A stretch of DNA of 44,126 nucleotides from Planctomycetota bacterium (GTDB lineage Bacteria > Planctomycetota > Planctomycetia > Gemmatales > Gemmataceae): contig JAIOQJ010000325.1 in assembly GCA_021413475.1 (NCBI GenBank), positions 1-44,126 on the forward strand. Direction: 5' to 3'. Numbering within the stretch: position 1 is the stretch's first letter; each line of letters starts with the position of its first letter. A program made the position numbers and the translations under genes. The notes below the pieces were generated by a model. The model was given only the letters and a program-made list of their open reading frames with translations. It was not told the origin of the DNA and made no database searches. Shown one piece after another: positions 27,390-36,146 of this stretch.

Positions 27390-27463
27390 GGTGATACCGC
27401 CCGTGAGTGATGGTGACGATGAATTGATTGTATTCGGGAAGAACCGCGTTGCGCAGATTTTTG

Positions 27464-27545
27464 ACCACGGATTTCACGGATAACACGGATAAGACCCGAA
27501 ATAAATGATGGCGACATTATCCGTGTCATCTGTGAAATCCGTGGT
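27464..27545. repeat. 29-bp-stem hairpin (2 mismatches), 24-nt loop; arms built of three ~9-nt CACGGAT(T/A)(T/A) units
   Basis: 27464-27492 (accacggatttcacggataacacggataa) pairs with 27517-27545 (ttatccgtgtcatctgtgaaatccgtggt). Confidence 0.9.
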
Positions 27546-27589
27546 TGGTTTTTTCTGGTTGCGACTCGGTCGCACCCGGTGTCCGGAGG

Positions 27590-28174
27590 TTAGATCCGTT
27601 GGTCTCGCAATCGCGTCGACGACACGTCCATGCGGAAATGCTCTTCGGGAATCGCATCGAAGAGATCACGAAACGGCTCTGCGATCTCGATGCGATCGAG
27701 GTGCATGAATTGCCCCGCAGCATCGGCACGCCCCGCGACCAAGAAGCGCCCGCCGTGGCTGCGGATGGTTTCCAGGGAGCGATCACGGTCGGCGGGGTCT
27801 CGATAATAACGCGGATCCACGATGCGCACGGCCGTGTCGCCACCCACGATCATGACCGCTCCCGGAAACAGCGATGCTTTCTGTTCAAACGTCCGCGAGC
27901 GAGTGACATACACGGTCGCGATTCCGAGAAATTGATTGAGCCGGCGGCGAACTTCTTCCTCGACAAGTTCCGGTTTATCGACGTTGACGATGCTCAGTTC
28001 AAACGCGACCGGCATCAGAAGCCGACCGGCCGCGATTTCCGCCAAGCGGCGATGGCCGTCGTGCAACGGATTGAACGAACCCGCCAGGATCGCACGTGGC
28101 AACGGGCCGTCGTACCGAAGTTGGCCATCGAGTTCTTGGCAGAGCCAGGGGTGATCGAGAAGCATTGCGTTCAT
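27590..28174 (-). CDS. Cytidylyltransferase-fold nucleotidyltransferase, NMN/NaMN adenylyltransferase-like
   Basis: ILAGSFNPLHDGHRRL gives the (H/T)xGH motif and DVSSTRLR the ISSTxxR motif. Confidence 0.7.
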   Translation of the reverse strand: MNAMLLDHPWLCQELDGQLRYDGPLPRAILAGSFNPLHDGHRRLAEIAAGRLLMPVAFELSIVNVDKPELVEEEVRRRLNQFLGIATVYVTRSRTFEQKASLFPGAVMIVGGDTAVRIVDPRYYRDPADRDRSLETIRSHGGRFLVAGRADAAGQFMHLDRIEIAEPFRDLFDAIPEEHFRMDVSSTRLRDQRI

Positions 28175-28194
28175 GAAAGGGATTCACACGGATC

Positions 28195-28254
28195 CCCGAG
28201 CCCGAAGCGCTAGCAAGGGCGAAAGTTCGCCCTTGCTAGCGCTTCGGGCTCGGG
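28195..28254. repeat. Perfect 60-bp palindrome (29-bp arms)
   Basis: 28195-28223 (cccgagcccgaagcgctagcaagggcgaa) is the exact reverse complement of 28226-28254. It lies downstream of the ABC ATPase stop (28282). Confidence 0.95.
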
Positions 28255-28281
28255 AAAACACGCTCATTCTATGGAATCGCT

Positions 28282-29730
28282 TCATTCACATTCAATAACC
28301 CGCCCTTCGTGCAGGCGTAATCGCCGTGTCACGCAACTCGGTATCTCTTCCGGCCGATGCGTGACGAAAATTAGCGATTGCTCAGGTTTCAATTGGGTAT
28401 CGAGCCAGATCTTCAGAGTTTCGATCAAACGGCCATCGAGTCCTTGAAACGGCTCATCCAGAATCAACAAGGGCGGCGCTTTGACCAGGGCCCTGATGAG
28501 TAACACGAGCCGTTGCTGGCCCGTCGACAGCCGGCCGAACGGGCGTTCCGCGAGATCGAGGATACCGAAGCGTTCGAACAGATCATGCAGCACGATGTCT
28601 TGTTCGGCAGTCGTGGCCCGAAAGGCCAGCACGTCGAAGAAGCCGGTCGCGGCCGCCCGGAAGGCCGTGAGCGGTTCGGAAAAGTAAAGATGCAACTCCG
28701 GCGACACGAGGCCGACGTTTCGCTTGATGTCCCAGATCGTTTCGCCGGTGCCGCGTTGCTTGCCAAAGAGAATGATCTTGTTGCTATACGCCTGCGGATG
28801 ATCGCCCGCGATCAAGCTAAGCAGCGTTGTTTTGCCGGAGCCGTTGGGACCGAGCAGGGCCCAGCGTTCGCCCTCGCGCACGCACCAATTGACGTCGCGG
28901 AGAATGGGGCGGTCTCCATAGCCGACGTTGACGTGTGACATCTCAATGATCGGTTTGGAAGACGCAACAGATTTTACAACGAGGTTCGGTGAAACCGGCC
29001 GAGAGACCTGTCCCACGAAATCCGCTCGTTTCCCCTGCCAGCGATTGTCGAGATCGATGACATGCGTCACCCAATCAGGGATCGACTCCGGCGCGGTGTT
29101 CAGAAGCAACCGCGTACCATGCCGAAGCAAATCAGCCAGCGCCGCGGCCACCTCCGCACGGCCGGCAACATCGAGCCCCATGAACGGCTCATCGAGAATC
29201 AACATTTCCGGATGGCCGAGCAAAGCCCGCGCGATGCGTGCCCGGCGGGTCTGGCCGTTCGAGAGTTTAATGAGGGAAAGGTCGCGCGGCACGTTCAAGC
29301 CGAGCAGATGGCACACTCGTTCGATCTCGACATCATCTACGGCATTTCCCGCACGGAGAAACGCGTCGAGGCTGAGATCGTCATCGGGTTCGATGAAGTT
29401 GAAGCGTTGCTGGTAATAGTGCCGGGAATAGGAAAACAGCCGCGACTCTTCCTTGAACGAAACCCGCTGCACCACCTGGGCGATCCAGTTGATCACCCGG
29501 CCCGATTCACGCAAGCGATCAATGAAGGGCCAGTCGATCGAACCACCTTCAATCTGCATTTTCCCCGCCAGCGCCTCGGCCAGCGTCGATTTTCCGGAAC
29601 CGACTCCGCCGACGATGGCCCAAGTTTCGCCTTCGTGGATGGTCCAAGAAAGAGTTCGGAGAACGACATCGCCACCGGGGCGGCGAATATTGGCGTTGTC
29701 GAGGATGATCGTAGGAGCCTGATGGTGCAT
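28282..29730 (-). CDS. ABC-type ATPase with two tandem nucleotide-binding domains and no TM domain (ModF-like)
   Basis: Domain 1: GGVGSGKST, LSNGQTRRARIA, LILDEPFMGLD. Domain 2: GPNGSGKTT, LSTGQQRLVLLI, LILDEPFQGLD. Start taken at ATG 29730 (MHHQAPTIILDN). The longer track ORF would overlap the divergent gene. Confidence 0.85.
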   Translation of the reverse strand: MHHQAPTIILDNANIRRPGGDVVLRTLSWTIHEGETWAIVGGVGSGKSTLAEALAGKMQIEGGSIDWPFIDRLRESGRVINWIAQVVQRVSFKEESRLFSYSRHYYQQRFNFIEPDDDLSLDAFLRAGNAVDDVEIERVCHLLGLNVPRDLSLIKLSNGQTRRARIARALLGHPEMLILDEPFMGLDVAGRAEVAAALADLLRHGTRLLLNTAPESIPDWVTHVIDLDNRWQGKRADFVGQVSRPVSPNLVVKSVASSKPIIEMSHVNVGYGDRPILRDVNWCVREGERWALLGPNGSGKTTLLSLIAGDHPQAYSNKIILFGKQRGTGETIWDIKRNVGLVSPELHLYFSEPLTAFRAAATGFFDVLAFRATTAEQDIVLHDLFERFGILDLAERPFGRLSTGQQRLVLLIRALVKAPPLLILDEPFQGLDGRLIETLKIWLDTQLKPEQSLIFVTHRPEEIPSCVTRRLRLHEGRVIECE

Positions 29731-29919
29731 CGTGTGCGGTATCCGTGGTTCTCGTTCTGAGTTTCCAGGGTACGGTTTATGATTTGCATTCCCGTAAATC
29801 GATCCACGGCCGCCACCGACTAAAAAACTCCTCTTGCGAACTCCACCCAATTCCCCGTATATCCCCTCCGCTTGCGATTGGCTCGACGCGCGAAGTTGGG
29901 TAACGGAGGAAGAAGAGCG

Positions 29920-32232
29920 ATGGTCGCTCCTGGCCGAAAAACTGTTCGATGGCTCCTCTACATCGCCTTCATGGTGTTGGCAGCGGGCTGTCATAGCGGT
30001 TCAAAATCCGGATGGTCGCTGACCAATGGCGGCTCGCTCGTCGATTACGATCGCCATGCCAAGCGACTCGAGGTTCGGCCGCAAGAGACTTCGCTCCCGG
30101 TCGGCAAGCAGATGCTCTTGCTCGCTACCATCTACGACGACGAAAACAAGCCTCGCCGAAAACGCCGAGTTGAGTGGAAGATCGAAGGCCCTGGCATTAT
30201 TCTCGATGTGGATGAGGGCGGTGTTCTGCGCGGCCGAGGTTTCAAGGAAGATACCAAGTCCGCTATAACCTTCACCGAGACGAGCGAACACGCGTTGCCG
30301 CCAGGCGTTGACAATCCGCTGAATCAAGTGGTGCGGGCCGGTCAAACTTGGTGCGTCGTCACCTCCGCCGTTGAGGGGCAGACCATTGTTCACGCTTACG
30401 CTCCCGAGATCGCTGACTCGGAAAACAACCGCGTTCTTGTCAAATTGAACTGGGTCGATGCCCGCTGGCAATTCCCGCAAGCGTCCACCGCCAAGGCCGG
30501 TTCGGAAATGATTCTGCAAACACGCATCACTCGCCACACCGATCAGCAGCCGGCCGCGAATTATCCGATTCGCTATACGCTACTTAATGATGGCCCAAGT
30601 GCCACGCTCGGTCGTGCCGATGTGCGGACCGGCAAAGAGACCATAACGGAAATCATCGTGCCGACCGGGGCCGACGGCCTTGCGAAAGCGGTGATCGCCG
30701 AGTTGAAGCCCGACTTCGGCACCAATCGCGTTGGTATCGAAGTGCTACGAGCCGATCCGAGCCAATCGGGCGGATATGCGGTGCTGGCCAAGGCGGAGAC
30801 GAAGATCGACTGGCAAGCACCGCAGGTGCGTTTGAACATCGACGTACCGAAGGCCACCGCGATCAACCAAGCGTTCACGATGACGTACTCGCTGACCAAC
30901 GGCAGCGGGCTCGAAACCGCGCCGATGGTCTTGAAGACGGCCATTCCGGCCGGATTGGAAGTCGTCAGCACCTCGCCAAGGGCGACGGCCGACGGCAGCG
31001 ACTTGCTCTGGTCGCTCCCTTCGCTGGCGGGCAATAACCAGCAGGCGGTGCAAGTGGTGGTGCGGCCCGTGCGTGCAGGAATGTTCGCATTGAGCGGCGC
31101 GGCGCGGACCACCGACAATCTGACGGCTCAGGGGACCGCCTCGGTGCAAGTCACGGAATCAAAGCTCGGCATCACGATCAATGGCCCCAAGACGGCACTT
31201 GTCGGCGAGAATCTTCCTTATCAGATCGCGGTCACGAATTCCGGCAGCGGTGTGGCCACCAATGTTCGCGTGAAGGCTCAATTCGATGGTGGGCTCGATG
31301 TCGTCGGCAAGTCAGGCGGTGTCGAGACGATCATCGACAAGCTCGAAGCGGGACAGTCGCGGATGATTCCGGTGGCATTGTCGCCTCGCCAGGCTGGTAA
31401 GTCGGCCGTGAAAGCGATCGTGGTTGCGGACGGCAATGCCCAGGCGGAATCGCCGGCCATTGGCATCGACATCCGCAAGCCTGAACTCAAAATCGAAGCA
31501 ACCGGCCCGGATCGAGGTTACATCAATCAGGATGTCACCTGGAAACTGCGTGTCTTCAATCCCAGCGATGTGCCACTTTCGAATGTGATCGTGCGTGCCG
31601 ATTTGCCGCCCGATTTCACATTCCGTGCCGCCAGCACCGACGGCCGCCTGATCAACAACGGCGTCGAGTGGAACCTCGGCACCATGGTCGGCAAGCAATG
31701 GACCGACCTCACGGTCGCGGGCTCGGCGAAACGGCTCGGCAAGACGGCCCTGACGGCCTCGGTCTCGGCGGCCCCGCTCGATAATCGTGATGGCGCATTC
31801 AAAACGGTTTCGCTGGTCCAACCGTTTAGCTCGAATCGCGTTGAGTCGGCGATCGAGATCCTCGGCGTGCCGGCCCTTCAGCTTGAAGTCTACGATTCCG
31901 CGGATCCCGTCGCGATTGGGCAGAAGTTCACGTACACGATCCGCGTCAAGAACGCCGGCACGCTGCCCGCCAATCAGATCGAAATCGTCGCCAACATTCC
32001 GCCGCAGGTCAAAGCCACGCGGGCCTATGGTGCGGTCAATGGCAAGATCGACGGACAACGCGTGACGTTCCCGCTCATCGCGTCGCTCCAGCCGAATCTG
32101 ACCAGCACCTACACCATCGAAGTCGAAGGGGCCTCCGAAGGTGATGGGAGATTTCGCGTCGAGTTGAAGAGCCTTTCACTTGGGAGCCCGCTCGCCTCGG
32201 AAGAACCGACGCGTATCTTGCCGAAACGATAA
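29920..32232 (+). CDS. Large surface lipoprotein with multiple DUF11-type conserved repeat domains
   Basis: GGAGGA RBS, then MVAPGRKTVRWLLYIAFMVLAAGC (lipobox LAAGC). Repeats of the Y-x-I-x-V-x-N-x-G...NV type: LPYQIAVTNSGSGVATNVRV, VTWKLRVFNPSDVPLSNVIV, FTYTIRVKNAGTLPANQIEI. Confidence 0.8.
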   Translation: MVAPGRKTVRWLLYIAFMVLAAGCHSGSKSGWSLTNGGSLVDYDRHAKRLEVRPQETSLPVGKQMLLLATIYDDENKPRRKRRVEWKIEGPGIILDVDEGGVLRGRGFKEDTKSAITFTETSEHALPPGVDNPLNQVVRAGQTWCVVTSAVEGQTIVHAYAPEIADSENNRVLVKLNWVDARWQFPQASTAKAGSEMILQTRITRHTDQQPAANYPIRYTLLNDGPSATLGRADVRTGKETITEIIVPTGADGLAKAVIAELKPDFGTNRVGIEVLRADPSQSGGYAVLAKAETKIDWQAPQVRLNIDVPKATAINQAFTMTYSLTNGSGLETAPMVLKTAIPAGLEVVSTSPRATADGSDLLWSLPSLAGNNQQAVQVVVRPVRAGMFALSGAARTTDNLTAQGTASVQVTESKLGITINGPKTALVGENLPYQIAVTNSGSGVATNVRVKAQFDGGLDVVGKSGGVETIIDKLEAGQSRMIPVALSPRQAGKSAVKAIVVADGNAQAESPAIGIDIRKPELKIEATGPDRGYINQDVTWKLRVFNPSDVPLSNVIVRADLPPDFTFRAASTDGRLINNGVEWNLGTMVGKQWTDLTVAGSAKRLGKTALTASVSAAPLDNRDGAFKTVSLVQPFSSNRVESAIEILGVPALQLEVYDSADPVAIGQKFTYTIRVKNAGTLPANQIEIVANIPPQVKATRAYGAVNGKIDGQRVTFPLIASLQPNLTSTYTIEVEGASEGDGRFRVELKSLSLGSPLASEEPTRILPKR

Positions 32233-32247
32233 CCAGTGACTTCTAGT

Positions 32248-32313
32248 CTTCGTAGGACGGCCTTCCTTGGCCGTCCGATACTTTGGACGGCCAAGGAAGG
32301 CCGTCCTACGAAG
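32248..32313. repeat. Family C nested palindrome, copy 1: perfect 29-bp stem, 8-nt loop
   Basis: 32248-32276 (cttcgtaggacggccttccttggccgtcc) is the exact reverse complement of 32285-32313. Each arm is itself a small palindrome (ggacggcc...ggccgtcc). Confidence 0.95.
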
Positions 32314-32394
32314 AAACATCATTCAATTCCCACCTAAATTGCTTATAAAGAAATCCAATCCCACCCGTGGTTCTTCTTCATCGAGATCTTCATC

Positions 32395-33360
32395 ATGCAG
32401 CGTATCCCTCGTGAACAATCGCGCAAGTTCGCTTTCGACTGGCACGATCAACCATTAGTTCGCGTGAAGCCGGGCGAGACTTTCGAGATCGAGACCTGGG
32501 ACGCGAGTTCCGGCTACTTCAAGACGCCGGAAGACAAAGCCGTCCCCGGCAAACGGCCCGGCTTCGACCGCAGCCCGCCGCAAGCCAATCCGATCGGTGG
32601 ACCGGTTTTTGTTGAAGGCGTTGCGCGCGGCGATACGCTCGTCGTCCGCATCGAGCAGATTCAAGTGGAACCGTATTCATGGGTTGCCGTCGGCCCGCGC
32701 CGTGGACCGCTCGGCGAATCGACTCGCTTCCCCGATTGCTCGACCGAATACACCACCAAAATTTTCAAGCACACGCCCGGTCCCAGCGGCACGACGGTTG
32801 ACGGCACCCTCCATTTCAGTGACCGGATTTCCTGGCCGATCACGCCGTTCATCGGCACCCTTGGCGTCTGTCCCGATCGCGAAGTGACGACCAGCATTGA
32901 CGGCCAGGGTGACTGGGGCGGCAACCTCGACTTCCGCGACGTCGCCCCTGGCAACACGATCTTTCTGCCTGTCTATCACGAAGGGGCCCTGTTCTATCTC
33001 GGCGACGTCCATGCCAGCCAGGGCGACACCGAGTTCACCGGTACCGCCGCCGAGACGCAGAGCACCGTCCGCCTCAAGCTCGATGTGATCAAGGGCAAGA
33101 AAGTCCCATTCATGCGCATCGAGAAACCCGACTCGATCATCGCCCTCGATTTCTACCGCCCGCTCGAAGTGGCCGTGGAAGTGGCGACGGTTCGCCTCAT
33201 CGAATGGCTCGTGGCCGACTTCGGCTTCAAAGCCGTCGACGCGTACTGCCTCGTAAGCACGTGCCCGGACTTCCGGATTCACGTGTATCAGATGTGCAAG
33301 ATCGGGAAGTTGAGTTACGTGGCAGGGGCGGAGATACCGAGGAAGTATTTGGGGAAATGA
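32395..33360 (+). CDS. Acetamidase/formamidase family protein
   Basis: GETFEIETWDA, GGPVFVEGVARGDTLVV and GGNLDFRDVAPGNTIFLPVYHEGALFYLGDVHASQGDTEFTGTAAE resemble the FmdA/AmdA family. Confidence 0.7.
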   Translation: MQRIPREQSRKFAFDWHDQPLVRVKPGETFEIETWDASSGYFKTPEDKAVPGKRPGFDRSPPQANPIGGPVFVEGVARGDTLVVRIEQIQVEPYSWVAVGPRRGPLGESTRFPDCSTEYTTKIFKHTPGPSGTTVDGTLHFSDRISWPITPFIGTLGVCPDREVTTSIDGQGDWGGNLDFRDVAPGNTIFLPVYHEGALFYLGDVHASQGDTEFTGTAAETQSTVRLKLDVIKGKKVPFMRIEKPDSIIALDFYRPLEVAVEVATVRLIEWLVADFGFKAVDAYCLVSTCPDFRIHVYQMCKIGKLSYVAGAEIPRKYLGK

Positions 33361-33451
33361 AGTCGGTCACCCTTGCTCATTGATCTTTGTCCGCTGATCC
33401 GCCATCATAGTCCTTCGTCACTGTTTCGTCATACACCAGGGAGTTTCATTC

Positions 33452-34942
33452 ATGTTCATGCGTAGCGCACTACTCATCCTCGGGATCGGCTTCTTGCCGA
33501 CGTTGGCGCAAGCCGACGTCAAGCCGAACGCCCTTTGCTCGGAAGGCATGGTCCTCCAGCAGAAATCGAAAGCGAAAATCTGGGGCACGGCCGAGAAGGG
33601 TGAGGCCATCAACGTCTCTTTCCGCGACAAAACCACGGACACCAAGGCCGACGACAAAGGCAACTGGGTCGTGGATGTTGAAACCGGTGCCGCCGGCGGG
33701 CCGTTCGCGCTGACCATCAAGGGGAGCAACACTATTGCCTACAAGAACGTCCTCGTCGGCGAGGTATGGATCTGTTCCGGGCAATCGAACATGGAAGCGA
33801 AAGTCGGTAGCTACCTCAAGTCCGATGACATGCCGTACGCCTCCGCCGCCGCACCCAACCCGATGCTTCGGACTTTCAACGTCAAGCGGAATCCCCAAAC
33901 CACTCCGCAAACTGAAACAGCGGGTGAGTGGATCGAAGCCAGTCCCAAGACGGTTGGCCAATTTACGGCGGTTGGCTATTTCTTCGGACGCCACCTGCAA
34001 GAGAACCTCAAGGTCCCCGTTGGCCTGATCCACACCAGCTGGGGCGGCACGCGCATCGAAGCCTGGATGAGTGAATCTGCTCTGGCCCCGTTCGAAAAGG
34101 CCAACCCGACCGCCAAGGCGGGCAGTCCTAACGGTGCCTCGCAACTTTACAACGGCATGATTGCCCCGCTTCTCAATTATCAAGTGAAGGGGGCCATCTG
34201 GTATCAGGGCGAAAGCAACGCCGGCGGTGCTTACAAGTATCGCGCGACGCATCCCGCCATGGTCGAGAACTGGCGCGCCGACTTCAGGAACCCAGACCTC
34301 GCCTTCTACTTTGTGCAACTCGCACCCTTCGGTGCAACGCCCAAGGCACCCGGCGAAAGTAACTGGGCCGAACTCCGCGAAGCACAGAACATGACGCTCA
34401 AGCTCAAGAACACCGGCATGGCCGTCATCACGGACTTCGGCAGCGAGTACGACATTCACCCGACACCGAAGCGCCCCGTGGGCGAACGGCTTGCCTTGGC
34501 GGCACGAGCTCAGACCTACGGCGAGAAGATCGTTTATTCCGGTCCTCTCTACAAGTCGTCCAAGACTGATGGCAACAAGATTGTTCTCAGCTTCGATCAC
34601 GTCGGCGGCGGACTTGTCGGCAAGGAAATGGTGCCGACCATCGAGCGCAAGGATAAGGACGGCAAGGTTACAGGGGCTGCCTATCGCGTCAAGGAAAACT
34701 CGTCGGCCAATGCTCCCCTGACCGGTTTCGCCATCTGCGGCAAGGACAAGGTTTTCAAGGAAGCGAAGGCTGAAATCGTGGGCGAAACGGTCGTGGTTTC
34801 GGCCGAAGGCGTCGCCGACCCAATCGCGGTTCGCTATGGCTGGGCGAACCATCCGATTTTGAATCTATTCAATCGCGAGGGCCTGCCGGCATCGCCGTTC
34901 CGCACGGACGAATTCCCCGGCATCACTCAGCCGAAGAAGTAA
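33452..34942 (+). CDS. Sialate O-acetylesterase-like SGNH hydrolase, exported
   Basis: Signal peptide. GEVWICSGQSNME (catalytic Ser block), HTSWGGTRIEAW, IWYQGESN. RBS agggag. Confidence 0.85.
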   Translation: MFMRSALLILGIGFLPTLAQADVKPNALCSEGMVLQQKSKAKIWGTAEKGEAINVSFRDKTTDTKADDKGNWVVDVETGAAGGPFALTIKGSNTIAYKNVLVGEVWICSGQSNMEAKVGSYLKSDDMPYASAAAPNPMLRTFNVKRNPQTTPQTETAGEWIEASPKTVGQFTAVGYFFGRHLQENLKVPVGLIHTSWGGTRIEAWMSESALAPFEKANPTAKAGSPNGASQLYNGMIAPLLNYQVKGAIWYQGESNAGGAYKYRATHPAMVENWRADFRNPDLAFYFVQLAPFGATPKAPGESNWAELREAQNMTLKLKNTGMAVITDFGSEYDIHPTPKRPVGERLALAARAQTYGEKIVYSGPLYKSSKTDGNKIVLSFDHVGGGLVGKEMVPTIERKDKDGKVTGAAYRVKENSSANAPLTGFAICGKDKVFKEAKAEIVGETVVVSAEGVADPIAVRYGWANHPILNLFNREGLPASPFRTDEFPGITQPKK

Positions 34943-35010
34943 CCGCTATCAGCTCTGGGCGGTGGGAAAGCGAGATGGAGTCCTGACGGGACCCTGAACC
35001 CCGAAAGCGT

Positions 35011-35043
35011 GGCGAGCGTCGGTCACTTCGACCGACGCTCGCC
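35011..35043. repeat. 14-bp GC-rich hairpin (5-nt loop) between convergent genes, with a GGCGAGC terminus
   Basis: 35011-35024 (ggcgagcgtcggtc) is the reverse complement of 35030-35043 (gaccgacgctcgcc). No U-tract. Confidence 0.85.
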
Positions 35044-35197
35044 ATTAGCCGAAGGAACTCACCGTTTTCAGTTCTCGAATTCGTTCAATGATGGTCCTTC
35101 CGAGGCGGCACTTCTGGAAGCAATCAAAGAATCGACCCAGCGGTTTACTTTGTGCGCGTGAACCGTTGCGTCAATTCCAATTTGCACTCTCAAGAGT

Positions 35198-36067
35198 TCA
35201 AGATCGAGCAGGCACCTTGCGTTTCTTTTTCGCGACGGCCGCTTTCTTTGTTACCTTCGGCAATCGGCGTGAAGCAACAGCTTTCGGTTTCGGATTGCCT
35301 CTGGGCTTCGGTTCGCGTGGCGGCGCGGCAGACTCGGCTTGTTTGGTCCCTTCGATGTCGATCCCGAAGATCGCTCCCAAATCGGAACCGTTCAGTGTGT
35401 TGTCGTTCTTCCCCTTGAGCGTCTGGCTGAGGTTGTCGGCATCGACCGCCTGGCTGATGAGTTCGAGGTGATCGACATCGCGAAGGGTGAATAGCAATTC
35501 CGGCGATGAATCAAGCCGGGCACCGACACCGTACAGAGTGGCCGCGATGTGCTTGCACATTCCAGCCGAATCCGGGCAACTGCACGACATCTTGATTTCC
35601 CTGGGCTGAGGAAAAAGGCCCGATTCACGTTGCGTCAATCGCTGCATGATGCCTTGATCGAACCGACCTTGAAGGAGATCGATCAGCGAATCGACGGAGT
35701 GCGAGCAGTCTTTCTTGATTTGCGACCAGACGGGGGCCGGCACCGTCTTGATTTCGATGGACACTCGATAGATTTCGGAACCGCTGACGAGTGCCTTGAC
35801 CTTGCCGCGTTCGATTTGCAGATCGATGACCGAACCGTTGCGGACGTAAGTTCGGCCACGTGGTAGTCGGTTGGAATAGTCGCTATACCGTTCCAGGTTC
35901 TCGCACCAGGCTTTGCCCCAGAACGAGGAGGAAATCTTGTTGCCGCTCAGCTCGACGGGTGAAAGAGTGCGTTTCTCTTTTTTGGCCAGTTTGGTCGCGT
36001 AAGCCCTTGCGTTGGCCTTCCGCTTCGCCACCGGAACGTAGGGCCGCCATTCAAAATGCCAGGACAT
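35198..36067 (-). CDS. SWIM zinc-finger protein (partner of the upstream SNF2 helicase)
   Basis: SWIM motif CSCPDSAGMCKHIAATLY. Lys-rich basic tail. Start taken at ATG 36067 (MSWHFEW), which has GGGAGG 6 nt upstream. Confidence 0.85.
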   Translation of the reverse strand: MSWHFEWRPYVPVAKRKANARAYATKLAKKEKRTLSPVELSGNKISSSFWGKAWCENLERYSDYSNRLPRGRTYVRNGSVIDLQIERGKVKALVSGSEIYRVSIEIKTVPAPVWSQIKKDCSHSVDSLIDLLQGRFDQGIMQRLTQRESGLFPQPREIKMSCSCPDSAGMCKHIAATLYGVGARLDSSPELLFTLRDVDHLELISQAVDADNLSQTLKGKNDNTLNGSDLGAIFGIDIEGTKQAESAAPPREPKPRGNPKPKAVASRRLPKVTKKAAVAKKKRKVPARS

Positions 36068-36146
36068 GAGGTGCCTCCCTGCTGTGTACGCCAATGGTTC
36101 GTCTGGAGAATGTTATCAGTCCGGGATAGGCTTCTGCAAGGGTTTT

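Noticed and set aside
29731-29994. Mutually overlapping N-terminal extensions of the ABC ATPase (to 29994) and the DUF11 lipoprotein (from 29872)
   Set aside because: The internal starts fit better: ATG 29730 directly before the first ABC domain, and ATG 29920 with a GGAGGA RBS and lipoprotein signal. They also remove the overlap between divergent genes.
33470-34852. 460-aa minus-strand ORF
   Set aside because: It is antisense to the sialate O-acetylesterase-like gene, which has the GQSNME and WYQGESN catalytic blocks, a signal peptide and an RBS. The antisense product has no motifs.
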